From Malacoraja senta (taxonomy: Eukaryota): DNA of 64,000 nt. The position numbers and the translations under genes were made by a program. The notes below the pieces were generated by a model. That model was not told the DNA's origin and ran no database searches. It saw nothing but the letters and a program-made list of their open reading frames with translations. The stretch spans positions 124,001-188,000 of the forward strand of contig JAXLNO010000406.1 in the NCBI GenBank assembly GCA_038087875.1, written 5' to 3'. This document shows positions 28,001 to 40,400 of the stretch, piece after piece; positions within the stretch are counted from its first letter, which is position 1; every line of letters begins with the position of its first letter.

Positions 28001-31000
28001 GGGTTTGTCCCGAATTCGAAGTGTTCTTGTTTTGTGATTTGAAATAATGTTATAACTTTCTCTGACAGTAATTTATTTAACTGAAATTTCAGTAGTAGTA
28101 TTTTATTATGTTTATCCATAGTTGGGTCTTTAGCATTATCTATATCTAACTGTTTTATTTGATCTTCTAAGTGTCTTTGTTCATTCTTATTCTTTTTATT
28201 TTGATAAGCTTGAAATGAAATAATGACTCCTCTTATAAATGCTTTGAAGGATTCCCATAATAACGTGGGGGATATCTCTGGTGTATCATTTAACTCAAAA
28301 AATAGATCCATCTGTTTTTTTAGATAGATACTCCCTTGAGGGTCTTTTAAAATTTGTGAGTTAAACCTCCAGAACGGTTTATTCATAGACATTCCTTCTA
28401 GTTTTAGAACAAAAGTTAACGGAGAATGATCTGAGATCGCATTAATATGATATTTAGGATTCAGAGATTGCGGAATTAATTTTGTATCCACAAGAAAATA
28501 GTCTATCCGTGAATATGTTTTATGCACCATTGAATAAAACGAGTAATCCCTTCCCGTCGGGTTTGCAATCCTCCATACATCTGTTATATTTGTGTTTTCC
28601 ATATATGTGTGTAAGAGTTCACTGGTTTTAGATTTCATCTGACCTTTTTGTTTTTGCATCGATTTATCTAAATAAGGATCTAAAACACAATTAAAATCTC
28701 CTCCGATTATAACATTTTGATAATTAGATTCTGCAATTATATTCAGAATTTTATTAAAAAATTGAGGGTTATCAAAGTTGGGGCATATATGTTTACCAGC
28801 GTAATTGGCATATTATTGATCTCCCCTGCTACTATAAGATATCTCCCTTCCTTATCTAAAATCGTGTTCTTTGATTTAAATGGAATTCCTTTACGAATAA
28901 TAATTGCAGTACCTCTAGATTTGGAGGTAAATGAAGAGTGAAATGTTTGGCCTATCCAGTTCGCCCTCAGTCTTGTCTGATCTTGCTGTTTAAGATGTGT
29001 TTCCTGTAGAAACGCAATGTCCGTGTTGTATGATTTCAACTGAGCTAGTATCTTGCCCCTTTTAATAGGTTCATTAATCCCCCTTATATTCCAAATACAT
29101 AATGTGATTCCTCCTATTTTCTTTTGATTGTCGTCATGCATTTTTACCAGTTTTAATGACCTTAATTATTATGGTGCGTTCATACCTCCGGACTCTGGTT
29201 ATTTTGGGAGTATTTCTATTATAGACTTCCTTGGTAGTTCTCCTGCGCGATTGTCCTTGAAGAAAAAACACACAGATGTGACATATTGTGATTAAAAAAT
29301 ATATATATAAATCAAATAAATTTACGGTGTCTAAAATTTCAACACCGTAGTGAGTGGCCCACTCGTCTGTGGGGTACGACATCCATAACGCTTCCGGCGT
29401 AGTTGGTATAAAGTTAGCCCCGCTGTATTTATTACCCAAAATCTATGGGGTCATTACCGTTTCCAATTCAGTTCTATTTCACCCAGTTACAATTTATATA
29501 TATGTCAAATGTATTCGATTCCATATCCTACTCACTCTTTATCTCTTAACTATTTTAAAATGAATTTAGTATTGTTAAAGTGAGCGGTTTACTGAGTGGA
29601 TTAACCGGAGTCAGGTTCCTGGAATTGTGCCAGGTGCCTGATCTCCTCTCCTCTCCACGAGCTGCGAACATATGTGATAACTGCTGTCTGCGTTATGACG
29701 CAGGCACCACAGTTTTATCAGTTTCAAATATTATTTCTATATTAGTATTGTTAATTATTAATTATGATTAATTCTCAGCATTTTGTAAAACTATATAAGC
29801 CGTATATATTTTTCATACCAACCTCGAGTGTATATTATCTCTTAACTATTTTAAATTGGTTTTAATATTGTTAAAAATGAGCTGTTCGCTGGAAGGGTTA
29901 ACGGGAGTCTGGCTCCTGGAGTTATGCCAGGTACCCGGTCTCCCCCTCCCTCCACTCTCGAGCTGCATAGCACTTGCTGTTATCTGCTAAACAGAGCAGG
30001 CTGCACATTTTTTATCTATTTCAATTGCTATTTCTATATTAGTATTGTTAATTATTAATTATTATTAGTTCTCAGTTTTTTCAGTTTTTTATAAACAATA
30101 TAAGCCATGTGATGTTTTTCACTCTCAGCCCAGCAGTTCGTCCCGTGTTATCAGGTTTTCCTCGTTTGAGCACGTAGTGTCCTTGAATTACATAGCACAA
30201 TGTTCCAGCGAAGATAATAATGTCTAGCCACGTCTCACTAAGAATCTGTTGCTTGAAGTCAAATAAAAAATAAAAAATCAGTGTTCAGTTAATTCACTTT
30301 CCTTGTGATACTCTTGTTGGGAGAATAAGCAAGTTCGTTTGTTCATGTCGTCTTGGTTTTCAATCTCCAGTTGATGCAGCCTTAGTCGCGATTTCTTGAG
30401 CGTATTTGAGAGATTCATCCGAATTAGTGAATGTTTTTGACACTCCCTCAAAGGTAATACGCATTCTAGCCGGATAGAACACTCCACACAAAACTCCCTG
30501 AACACCATAAGAACTTCTCTGGTCTGTGAGAACTTTCTTCTCTTTTGCTCAATCTCATAAGGGTAGTCCCGTAGGAGTTTAATAGTATCACCTCTGTACA
30601 TCATCTTCTCTCCGTGGTTGATTTTTTTCATCAGCGCTTCCATTGTTGAGATATCCCGAAGTTTAATTATGATCTGTCGTGGGTAGGCATGTTCTCCTTG
30701 AGATCTTAATTTAAATCTGGGGAGTCGATGTGCTACTTCAATTACAGGTACTTCTGGTAGCTTCAGTACGTGTTTAATTAGGTTGGCAGCGAACTCACAA
30801 ACATTGTCCCCCTCAGCTCCCTCTTTTACACCACGTATTCTTATATTTTGACGTCTTGAGCGAGCTTCTAGGTCAACACATTTATTCGAAACCTTTGTGA
30901 CTTGGTTCTTGAGACTATCTATTTCTGACTTCATAGTCTGCATCTCTCCAGCCATCACTTCCACAACAGCTTCCAAATCTTTCACTGCAGATGCATTTGC

Positions 31001-31541
31001 AGCCACAGTTTCGTGCACAGCCTCAAACATCTTTGTGGTCTCTTCTGCCACCTTTTCAATTTTTATCGATAATCCTTTTTCCACACCTTCAATTCTTTTT
31101 TGGAGAGCCTCAATACCCTCAAGTATTTTATCATTACCGGCCATCAATTTACTGTTCCCAGCTTCCATATCATTTTTGATATCTCTTACCGAGTTTCTTA
31201 AGTCCTCCATTTCGGCTTTCTCTTTTGCAGATCGAGTAGCCATTCCAGAGACCTCTCCAGAGGTCAGTTCTGAAGTTTCTTGCTGTTCCAGAGTCTTCAG
31301 CAGATGTTTTGAGATTTTCCTCTGTGGGCTCTGACCTGGAGGTGTACTTTTCATTTAAAATGACTTTCCCTCCGTTAAAATCGCGGCGCTTACTGATGAC
31401 GTCATCAGCACCGCGACATGAAGCTCCGGTAAGTTTTTAAAAACGGTCCCGACCTCCAGACCCGATTTTAACGCGAAAAAACGCGTTTTTTTCAGCGGAG
31501 CTAAAAAGTTTGCGACTGCTAACAGAGCATGACGCAACCGC
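25031..31541 (-). mobile_element. Full-length (~6.5 kb) fish-type L1 with frameshifted ORFs
   Basis: TSD AAAAGAGAAGTAG(TT) at 25018 and 31542; T-rich tail at 25031; ORF1 31354-~30300 (coiled coil, 'LEARSRRQNIRIRGVKEGAEG'); ORF2 29141-25369 (APE 'WNIRGIN..FLQETHL', RT 'LDAEKAFD', 'GNRQGCSLSPLLF', 'LYADD', C-terminal CCHC). Confidence 0.95.
31393..31408. promoter_or_regulatory. 16-bp palindrome containing a CRE in the L1 5' UTR
   Basis: CTGATGACGTCATCAG, in a CpG-rich UTR ~40 nt upstream of ORF1. Confidence 0.45.
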
Positions 31542-31851
31542 AAAAGAGAAGTAGTTAACTCCAAGTCCGAGTTCATCGAGGTGGTGAAGATCGATAAAAA
31601 AAAATGATTGCATTCACATCCCCAAATTCAATTACAATTGCATGACATTCTTATAACCAGTTCTATTTCCAAGTTCCTTGTGGCTTTACAATTAATAATT
31701 TGTTGATTAAATGTAACTTGTTTCACGTCTGTCTGTTGTGAATGGGATTTCTGCCCCATATTTGACCCCCCACCCAAATATTTATTGTTAAGGTGACAAG
31801 GAACCTTGAAATAGAAGTGGTTCCTGACTTTGGACCCGGGACCAAAGACAT

Positions 31852-32384
31852 TTACAGATCCAGAGTGGAACCGGAACAGATTCTCAGACATTGGTTTCCA
31901 TCCCAAGTCCAAAAGAAAGGGTAAAGTTTCCCGGTGAACTTATTCCCACTGAAGGTGTGGAGATGGGACTTGGTGTCCGCGTTGTAAAATGAGACTACCC
32001 CTGCCTCGTAACTGAGATAAACTCCCAGCCTCTCTGGGATGGGATCGGTGAGGAGACGGGGTTTCGGAGAGGAGTTCACACGAAACTCGTCGCCACCTTG
32101 CTCCACGGACCAGAGCCCAGTCACCTGCCTCAGGTCGATGTCTCTCTCCCTGTCCAGAGACTCGGCGGCGACTCCCAGACACCAGCCCCAGTTCTCCGTC
32201 ACCTCCACCTCCCAGTAATGTCTCCCCGAGGTGAATCCCTCCGATCCCAGCACACAAGGCCAGACTGTAAACCTCTTCCCGTTGTCAGGGAGACTCCCCT
32301 GTGTCCCGGTCCACCTCACGCTCTTCCGATCCTCGGACACCTCGAGTTTCGGACACGCTGTTTCCAAGTCCAAGGTCACAGAGT
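31852..32384 (-). CDS. Intact-looking B30.2 exon with no in-frame upstream exons found (orphan or pseudogene)
   Basis: Acceptor 'cccgcag|AC TCT GTG ACC TTG GAC', phase 1; 533 nt like the 6503 and 48536 exons; complete PRY-SPRY to TAA. Confidence 0.8.
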
Positions 32385-32455
32385 CTGCGGGTGAACGGAG
32401 AGAGACAGAGAACCTCAGTGGGTGGGGAGGGATGAGGGAGTGTAGGAGAATGTGG

Positions 32456-32617
<162 letters not shown>

Positions 32618-33844
32618 TTCATGTATTGTAGATATATGTAAAACCACGAGGCAAATGATAGAATTAATGTCGTAGAAGTTTCCCCAGATAACGGGAATCA
32701 ATGGCCGGAGGACAATTAAGGTGAGAGAAGAAAGATTTAAATGGATCACAGGGGCAAGATCTTCACATTAAAGTGCATGGAACGGCAGACTAAAGAACTG
32801 CCCAATAGTCACCCATGCTTTTGCTCCAGAGATGCTACTGACCTGCCGAGTTATTCCAACACTTTGTGCGTCTAGCTTCGGTATATGGGATCAGCCATTG
32901 GTTGAGACAGGTACAATAACAACTGGCTCCGCTATCTTCAAGAGATTTATCTAGCTCTCTCTTGAAAGTATCCAGAGAGCCAGCCTGCACCGCCCTCTGA
33001 GGCAGAGAATTCCACAGACTCACATCTCTCTGTACAGGGTGCGTGGACAGGAACTCTCTTTGGACATGGTACGTGTACAGGAACGGTTCAACAGGATATG
33101 GGGCCTAACCCGGGCAAATGGGTCTGGCTTGGCATCAATGAGCTCCTGTACTGCATTACTCCAGCACTCCACGACATTGAGGATCTGGGGGATTTGTCTG
33201 CGTGGCATTCTCAGTTTTATAACTTAGAGTAATGGTAACTGGGCAGATGATTATCACATGTACTTGGAGATTTGTGGGGTTGTTGTGCTTCTCTGTGCAA
33301 TAACCATATAACCATAATAAGTGGAATGTACGTAGCAGGTTGGTGGGTTAAAGGTGCAGCGAGATGTAATTCTATGCCAAACAAATATTTGCTAAGCAAA
33401 CATGAGAAATCACACCCATGTTTGTTAAACGCGGTTGCTGGAAACTGTGTGTAGATAATAAATGGTATGTATAGGAAGGAACTGCCCATGCTGGTTGAAA
33501 CTGAAGATTGACAAAAAAAAAGTTGGAGTAACTCAGCGGGACAGGCAGCATCTCTCAGACTGAAGAAGGGTTTCGACCCAAAACATCAACCAATCCTTCT
33601 CTCCAGTGGTACTGCCTCTCGCGCTGAGTTATTGCAGCTTTTCGTGTCTATAAATGGTGTATAAGTCGTATGTCCCGGGGATCCGTGACATGGTAGTGTT
33701 GGAAACTTAAGCATAAAACATAGTATTGGAGGAACTCAGCGTGTCAGGCAACGTGTGTGGAGGGAATAGCGAGATGGCACTTTGGGTCGGGACACTTTTT
33801 CAGTCTGTATTCCAGGTTACAGTGGGAAGTAAGGGTGGACATCA

Positions 33845-34262
33845 CAATAGACAATAGACAATAGGTGCAGGAGTAGGCCATACGGCCCTTCGAGCCTGCA
33901 CCGCCATTCAATGTGATCATGGCTGATCATCCCCAATCAGCTCCCCGTTCCTGCCGTCTCCCCATATCCCCTGACTCCGCTACCTTCAAGAGTCCTGTCT
34001 AGCTATTTCTTGAAAGTTTCCAGAGAACCGGCCTCCACCGCCCTCTGAGGCAAAGAATTCCACAGACTCACAACTCTCTGGGTGAAAAAGTGTTTCCTTA
34101 TCTCCGTTCTAAATGGCTTACCTCTTATTCTTAAACTGTGGCCCCTGGTTCTGGACTCCCCCAACATCGGGAACATGTTTCCTGCCTCTAGCGTGTCCAA
34201 ATCCTTAATAATCTTATATGTTTCAATAAGATCCCCTGGCATCCTTCTAAATTGCAGAGTAT
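33845..34262 (-). mobile_element. CR1/HER1-like LINE 3' fragment
   Basis: '[38 protein letters not shown]' and an (aatagac)n tail. Confidence 0.88.
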
Positions 34263-35012
34263 ACTCGCGGCGGCTTAACCCCAAATCCTCCTTGAACACA
34301 TCTGTGGGGGAACTTTGCAAGGCAGACAGGGCTGGGCATTTTACTGAATATTGATACTTACTGAATTTGATCCGTAGTCAAGAATAACTAGTGTATGATG
34401 ATAAGTACAAAGTGGATTGGGCAGCATCTCTGGAGCAAATGGATGAGTGAGGTTTCAGTTCGGGGCCCTTCTTCAGACGCAGTGCTGCCCTTTCCCGCTG
34501 AGTTACTTCAGCACTTAGTGTATACCTTCGCTATAAACCAGCATCTGCAGTTCCTTTCTACACATGAATTATGGCCTACCAAGTCTTAATGCACTGCCTC
34601 CCTGTTGCCATTTCACAATTACTGTGAGGCTCACAAAGGGCAGATCAGTCAACCAGCAACGAGACTATAGGCCTGAGGCTCCATGCTGGCCCGGGGAGGG
34701 AGAGGAAATGATAAATCGGAGGGGGGGGGGGAGTCAGTCGCTGGAGACGTCGGACGCGAGGAGCAAAGGACGGTAGGGGGGTGACCTGGGGAGAGTAATG
34801 CCTCCAACGCCTTCAAGGTTGGCTGCAGGAAGCACCCTGGGACCCAAAAGATGGCCGGGCAAGGAGAGGGATGTCAGTTCACAGGCCGATCTGGTTGAAG
34901 GTGACAGAGGAAGGCACTGCAGGAGCCTGGGATTTGCCTGGATTGGGAACTGCTCCAGTAGACAGCGCGTGCGGGCAGACCAGACTTCGGCTTTGGAAGG
35001 AGGAGACCTTAC

Positions 35013-35605
35013 CAGAACTACACAAATCTTCTGCTTCTGTTGCTGTTCCATTTGCTCCAAGGCCAATTTATTTTGAGTGAGAGATTCTAAGGAAGATTTG
35101 ATCTCAGCCTTAGATTGGAGTTGGGAAAAAAAATAGAATCAGATACAAACAATGTCATCAAACAGGGAAGTGATCACAATCCGATTTATTTTACCTTGTA
35201 CATTTCAACAGCTTCGTCTACCGGCATGACGCTGTGAGACTTGTGTTCCCGCCCAGCTGCACAAACCAAACAGATCAGTTTCTTGTCCGTTTCACAAAAC
35301 AGCTTCAGTTCCTCCTGATGTTTCTCGCAGTGATGTTTACTTTCCTTCTCTTTGAGATTCAGGTTCAGTGTTCGAGCTTTCTCAGCCAGACTCGCCAAGG
35401 CCCGACTATCCCTGAGGGTGCTGTCTGCAAATACCTCTCTACATTCCGGACATGAGTTTCTATCTCCATGTTCCCATAACTGCGTGATACATGAGCGGCA
35501 GAAGTTGTGGCCACAGTCTGGTGACACCGGATCGGTGAACAAGTCTAAACAGATGGGACAAATTAGATCTTCCCTTAAACTCTCAACCTGTTGTTTTGAA
35601 GCCAT
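35013..35605 (-). CDS. TRIM exons 1-2 (RING, B-box, start of coiled coil) with no same-strand exons 3-5
   Basis: Exon 1 35605-35195 (411 nt, MASKQQVESLREDLICPICLDLF..CGHNFC..CPEC..CEKH..YK|gtaaa); exon 2 35108-35013 (96 nt, AEIKSSLESLTQNK..QQQKQKICVVL|gtaag); same sizes as in the intact gene. Confidence 0.88.
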
Positions 35606-35713
35606 GTTGATTCGTGGCAGTTTCACTTCCGCAGTGCTGCTGAACTCCTGCAGTATCGCGGGTGTTCAGCACTAGACTCGCTGCAGCAATTGGCGAATGA
35701 CCGCTCAGCCTTA

Positions 35714-36197
35714 CCTGTCTCACGGTGTTGCGGTCATTGACGGTAAAGCGCGGCGTCGCCGGAAGAGGGGACCGCACGTCAACCGCGAGAGCGCCGAGCC
35801 TATGCCGCGGGAGCGCCGCACGGATGCTGCGCGGGGGCCGAGTGATCTCAGTACCGCCGGTCCTACGAGCTTGCGGTGTTATAGAAATTTGCTTCATAAA
35901 AGACAAGCGGGGCTGTGGCGGCGGTAGCGCTAATCGCGGCGCTGTGGCGGCGCCCGTGCCTCACTGGCGGAGGCTGTGGCAGTGACCGTGCCGCACTCGT
36001 GCCTCACTGGCGGCGGCTGTGCGGTAAGAAATTATTTTCAGACAGTGTTGACTTTTTGGGAGCACCGTGCGGTGTTGGTACCAATGCCGCACGGCCCCGG
36101 CGGTGTGCGTTTGACGGAACCCGCGGTCTCTGGCGGTCCACGAGCGGCAGATACTTCCTGTATCACCGCCAATCACCGCAGACTCGTGAGACAGGCC
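35714..36197. mobile_element. GC-rich MITE with imperfect ~30-bp TIRs (Harbinger-like)
   Basis: Left 'cctgtctcacggtgttgcggtcattgacggt' vs right reverse complement 'cctgtctcacgagtctgcggtgattggcggt'; flanked by TTA/TTAA. Confidence 0.65.
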
Positions 36198-36699
36198 TTA
36201 ATTAAACGCTTAAACGCTCAGCGTGAGGATGAAACACCCCGAGTAGGTAGCAACTGCAGAAGCTGGTTTAAACCGAAGACAGACACAAAATGCTGGAGTA
36301 ACTCAGCGGGCCAGGCAACATCTCTAAAGTGAAGGAATGGGTGACGTTTCGGGTCGAGACCCTTCTTCAATATTTACACCACTGGGCTGTAAGCTGCCCC
36401 AGCGAAATATGAGATGCCGTTCCTCCAATTTTCATTTACCCGCACTATGACAATGGAGGAGGCCGAGGACAGAAACGTCAGTGTGAGAATGGGAATTTAA
36501 GTGTTTAGCAACCGGGAGATCATGTTAGTTCCAGCGAATTACTCAAGGGTGGGGATCTGAATAGATATTAAACGTGCCGGATTATGACGGAAACACAAAT
36601 AATTTGGGCGGAACGGTGGCGCAGCGGTAGAGTTGCTACCTTTCCAGCGCCGGAGACACGGGTTCGATCCCGACTACGGGTGCAGTCTGTACGGATAGG

Positions 36700-37014
36700 G
36701 ATCAGGTTGTGCAGAACACATGCAGCAAACACAATAGTCTCTACGTTCTTTGGCTGGCATGACATCATTTTTTTAACATGTGATGATTTTTCAACAGTTC
36801 TATATACATTGTTGCCTCAAGATTAACGGGAGAGGAACTTGGTACACTCGGGAGACGAACTTGGAACATCGCAGAAATGAGAAGTAAACGGGAAACGTAG
36901 ACATACCCGTGGGAACTCGGTTAAACTCTGGATCATAAACTTGTAGTCTCGTACGCAACCACGAGTCTTTCACTCGGGGTCACTCGTGGGTCAACTCGCA
37001 CAGTGAGACAGACC
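36700..37014 (-). mobile_element. PIF/Harbinger transposon remnant
   Basis: 'PKNVETIVFAACVLHNL' resembles the conserved AC.VLHN motif of Harbinger DDE transposases; ends in 'cagtgagacagacc', similar to the MITE TIR. Confidence 0.55.
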
Positions 37015-37453
37015 TTTTAATCACCGTGGTTCGACCCTGAACTCTGGTACTCTCTGCGTGAAACCGCCATGTTCTCGCTGTGACCACGATGGGCTCCGCC
37101 CTCATCTACATAACACGTCCATTTAATTTATGCAGGAAAGAAATGCAGATGCTGGTTTAAATTGAAGCCACAACTAAAATGCTGGAGTAACTCAGTCTGA
37201 TGAAGGGTCTCGACCCGAAACGGATCAGACTGAAGAAGGGTCTAAACCCGAAACATCACCCATTACTTCTCTCCAGAGATGTTGCCTATCCCGCTGAGTT
37301 ACTCCAGCATTGTGTGTCTACGTCGATTTAGTTATCTGCTGTAATTAACCTACTGAAGGCGGGATCTGGGTATCGGTGGGAGTTAATGTGAACGTGAGGA
37401 CGAATATATTTCATGGAAAAGGATTCGGTCAATCTTCATGTTTCATTTGACAG

Positions 37454-40400
37454 GAGCAGTCACAAAGCCTCGAGTCTCACGTCACATCTCAGTTTGCTGA
37501 ACTGCACCAGATTCTCGTGAAGAAAGAGCAGCGCATTCTCGGAGAGATCAAGGAGGACGAGGAGAAGATTCTAAGTGCAATGGAGAAAAATCTTCAAGAC
37601 ATTCAAGAGAATTTAAACTCTATTGAGGAGCAACTCTCAAAGCTGCAGGGACGAATGGAACAAACAGACATCGTGTTATTTCTGAAGGTCAGGGGTTATG
37701 TTTCAATCTCGTTCAATGAAACTGCAGTCACAACATTGGGAGCGATATATTTACGAAAATGCAACTTTTATCATTACCTGTATTTATCCAACGACCCCCT
37801 TACAATCACGCTCTGCTATCTCATGTCATAGTAGACGAATTAGACCATTCTGCCCATTAAGTCTGCTCCACCATTCAATCATGGCTGATCTTTATTTCCC
37901 TCTCAACTCCATTCTCCTGCCTTCTCCCCACAACCCCTGACATCCGTATGAGTGAAGAATTCATCTATCTCTAACCTAAAATGTCAGTTGATGGCCTTCA
38001 CAGACTCATATGGCAAGGAATTACACGGATTCACCATCCTCTGACTCTTAAATTCCTCCTCATCTCCTTCCTAAAGGTACGTTCTTTTATTCTGAGGCTA
38101 TGCCTAGTCCTAGGCTCTTCCACCAGCGCACACATTCTCTCCACATCCACTCTATCCAGGCCTTTCACTATTTGTGTCTTGATATCTGCAGAAATGGAGA
38201 TACATTCCACATAATTAACATCTTAATATTTTTGGTTAACAAATGATAAGCGTTTTTCGATACTGGGCCTGTACCTGCTGGGGGACCTCATTGGAACTTA
38301 CCGAATAGTGGACGTGGAGAGGATGATTCAACGTGTGGCGGACTCTAGGACGAGAGGTCAGAGCCTCAAAATTAAAGGACGCTCCTTTGGGAAGGAGAAG
38401 ACGAGGAATATTAGTGAGAGGGTGGTGAATCTGTGGAATTATTTGCCACAGAAAAATGTGTAGGCCAAGTAAGTGGATATTGTTAAGCGGACATAGATAG
38501 ATTCTTAGTTAGTTCAAGTGTCAGAGGTTAGGGGGTGAAGGCAGGAGATGGGGGTTATGAGGGAGAGATAGATCAGCCGTGATTGAATGGCAGAGTAGTC
38601 TTGATGGGCCGATTGGTCTTATTCTGCTCCTATCACTTTTGACCTTATGACATTATTCAGCAGAAAGTTCACAACACGTCCAGACTTTCCTGCACATTGC
38701 TTCCTCTGAGCTATAACATAATTTTCACAAACATTTATCATACCTCCTGCATTGGTTCCATCAATGCAGTGTCCTCTGTGTGACAACGTGAGCGCAAGTC
38801 AGAAAATGGTAATTTTCAACGATGTGAAATAACTTGTGTGAATTGCTGTTCCCTCAGTCATTGTGGGCCGAATGGCCTTTGTCTACACTCCTTTCTCGAG
38901 ATTGGGTTGCCTATGCGACCTTCCATTTCGTGAAGATATGCAGGAGAATGACATAATATATTGATCTTCACCTTTCATCTGACAGGATCAGTCACACAAC
39001 TTTCCATTCCTTTTAAAATCATTTTATTAGTTTTTTTCAACAACAAAAATAAAACAACAACAAATAATGATAAACATAACAATGATATTGCCACATAGGG
39101 ATCAGGATTACATTAATAACAAGTATAACCTAAATATGTCCAGTGTCAAAATACACATTGAGTGTAGACCTGCCGGTCTCTATGTAAATATAGTTAAGTG
39201 TTTAAAAGATAACTTGTATATATAAAAACTAAAAGATAAAAAGAAAAAAAAAAGAAGAGAAAAAAGAGAAAAACAAAACCTCCCCTAAACTAGAAATAAA
39301 AAGCAAAACAGAATCTGGGCTGCAAAGAATTTCAACAATTTAACTCCCTGTTTGTCGTCAAGTCCGTTCCACCGTATAAAGGTAAAATAATTATTATAAC
39401 GGTTGGAGAGGGGACAATTTATATCATGTAAACATGTTGAATAAAGCTTCCCCAAGTACTATCAAGTTTAACCAACCAAGGGTTCAACAATGTCACTCCT
39501 AATTGTTTCTAGATTTAAACATGATATCGTTTCAGAGTACCAATGGAGTGTGGTCGGAGGATTAGAGTCTTTCCATTTAAATAAAATAGATCTTCTGGCA
39601 ATTAATGTAGTAAAAGCAATCTGCCGATGAGCCAGAGATCACAACCCAGTTTGCTGAACTGCACCATATTCTCACTAAGATAGAGCAGCGCTTACTCGTT
39701 CCTTCTCTACAGAGATGCTGCCTGACCCGCTGAGTTACTCCAGCATTTTGTGTCTACCTTTGATTTACACCAGCATCTGCAGTTCTTTTCTCCACATTCT
39801 CTCTCTAGTTGTCCCTTTGACTGCAGAGGGACCCATTCTCTCCTGAGTTATTCTTTTGCTATTAATATACTTGTTGTATCTCTGGGGATTCTCTTGTTTT
39901 TTATTTTTTATTAATTTTTTTTATTATTTTTTTATTTATTTTTTATTAGAAGTACATTACATTACAACCACATACATTAGTAGTCGTCACTTATATCTTC
40001 TTACAATTAATGTACTCCGTTTGTTTTTTACACTAGTAAAAGGAAAGGATAAGATTGAAAGTGAAGGAAAAAGTGAAAGTGTAGAAAGTGTGACAACAAG
40101 ACAGAACGAAGACCCTATAAGAACAAAATTAAAAACAAAAGAAAAAGAGTTAAGAAATAGACCTTAGAAAAGAAGGAGAAAGAGAAAGAGGAGAAAGAGA
40201 AAAACAAAGTTTTTATGAGCATTACGCAAATGGGACATACCAACTTTCCAACTATCATCACCCTTTACCTGACCTCAGTTTTTTTTTTAGGGTACCTTTG
40301 CACCCTATATTTGTAATAATTCTATAAATGCGGACCACGTCAGATGGAAGTGATCTGGTTTACATGCCAGGAGGAGTGTTATCTCTTCTAGGTGTAATGT

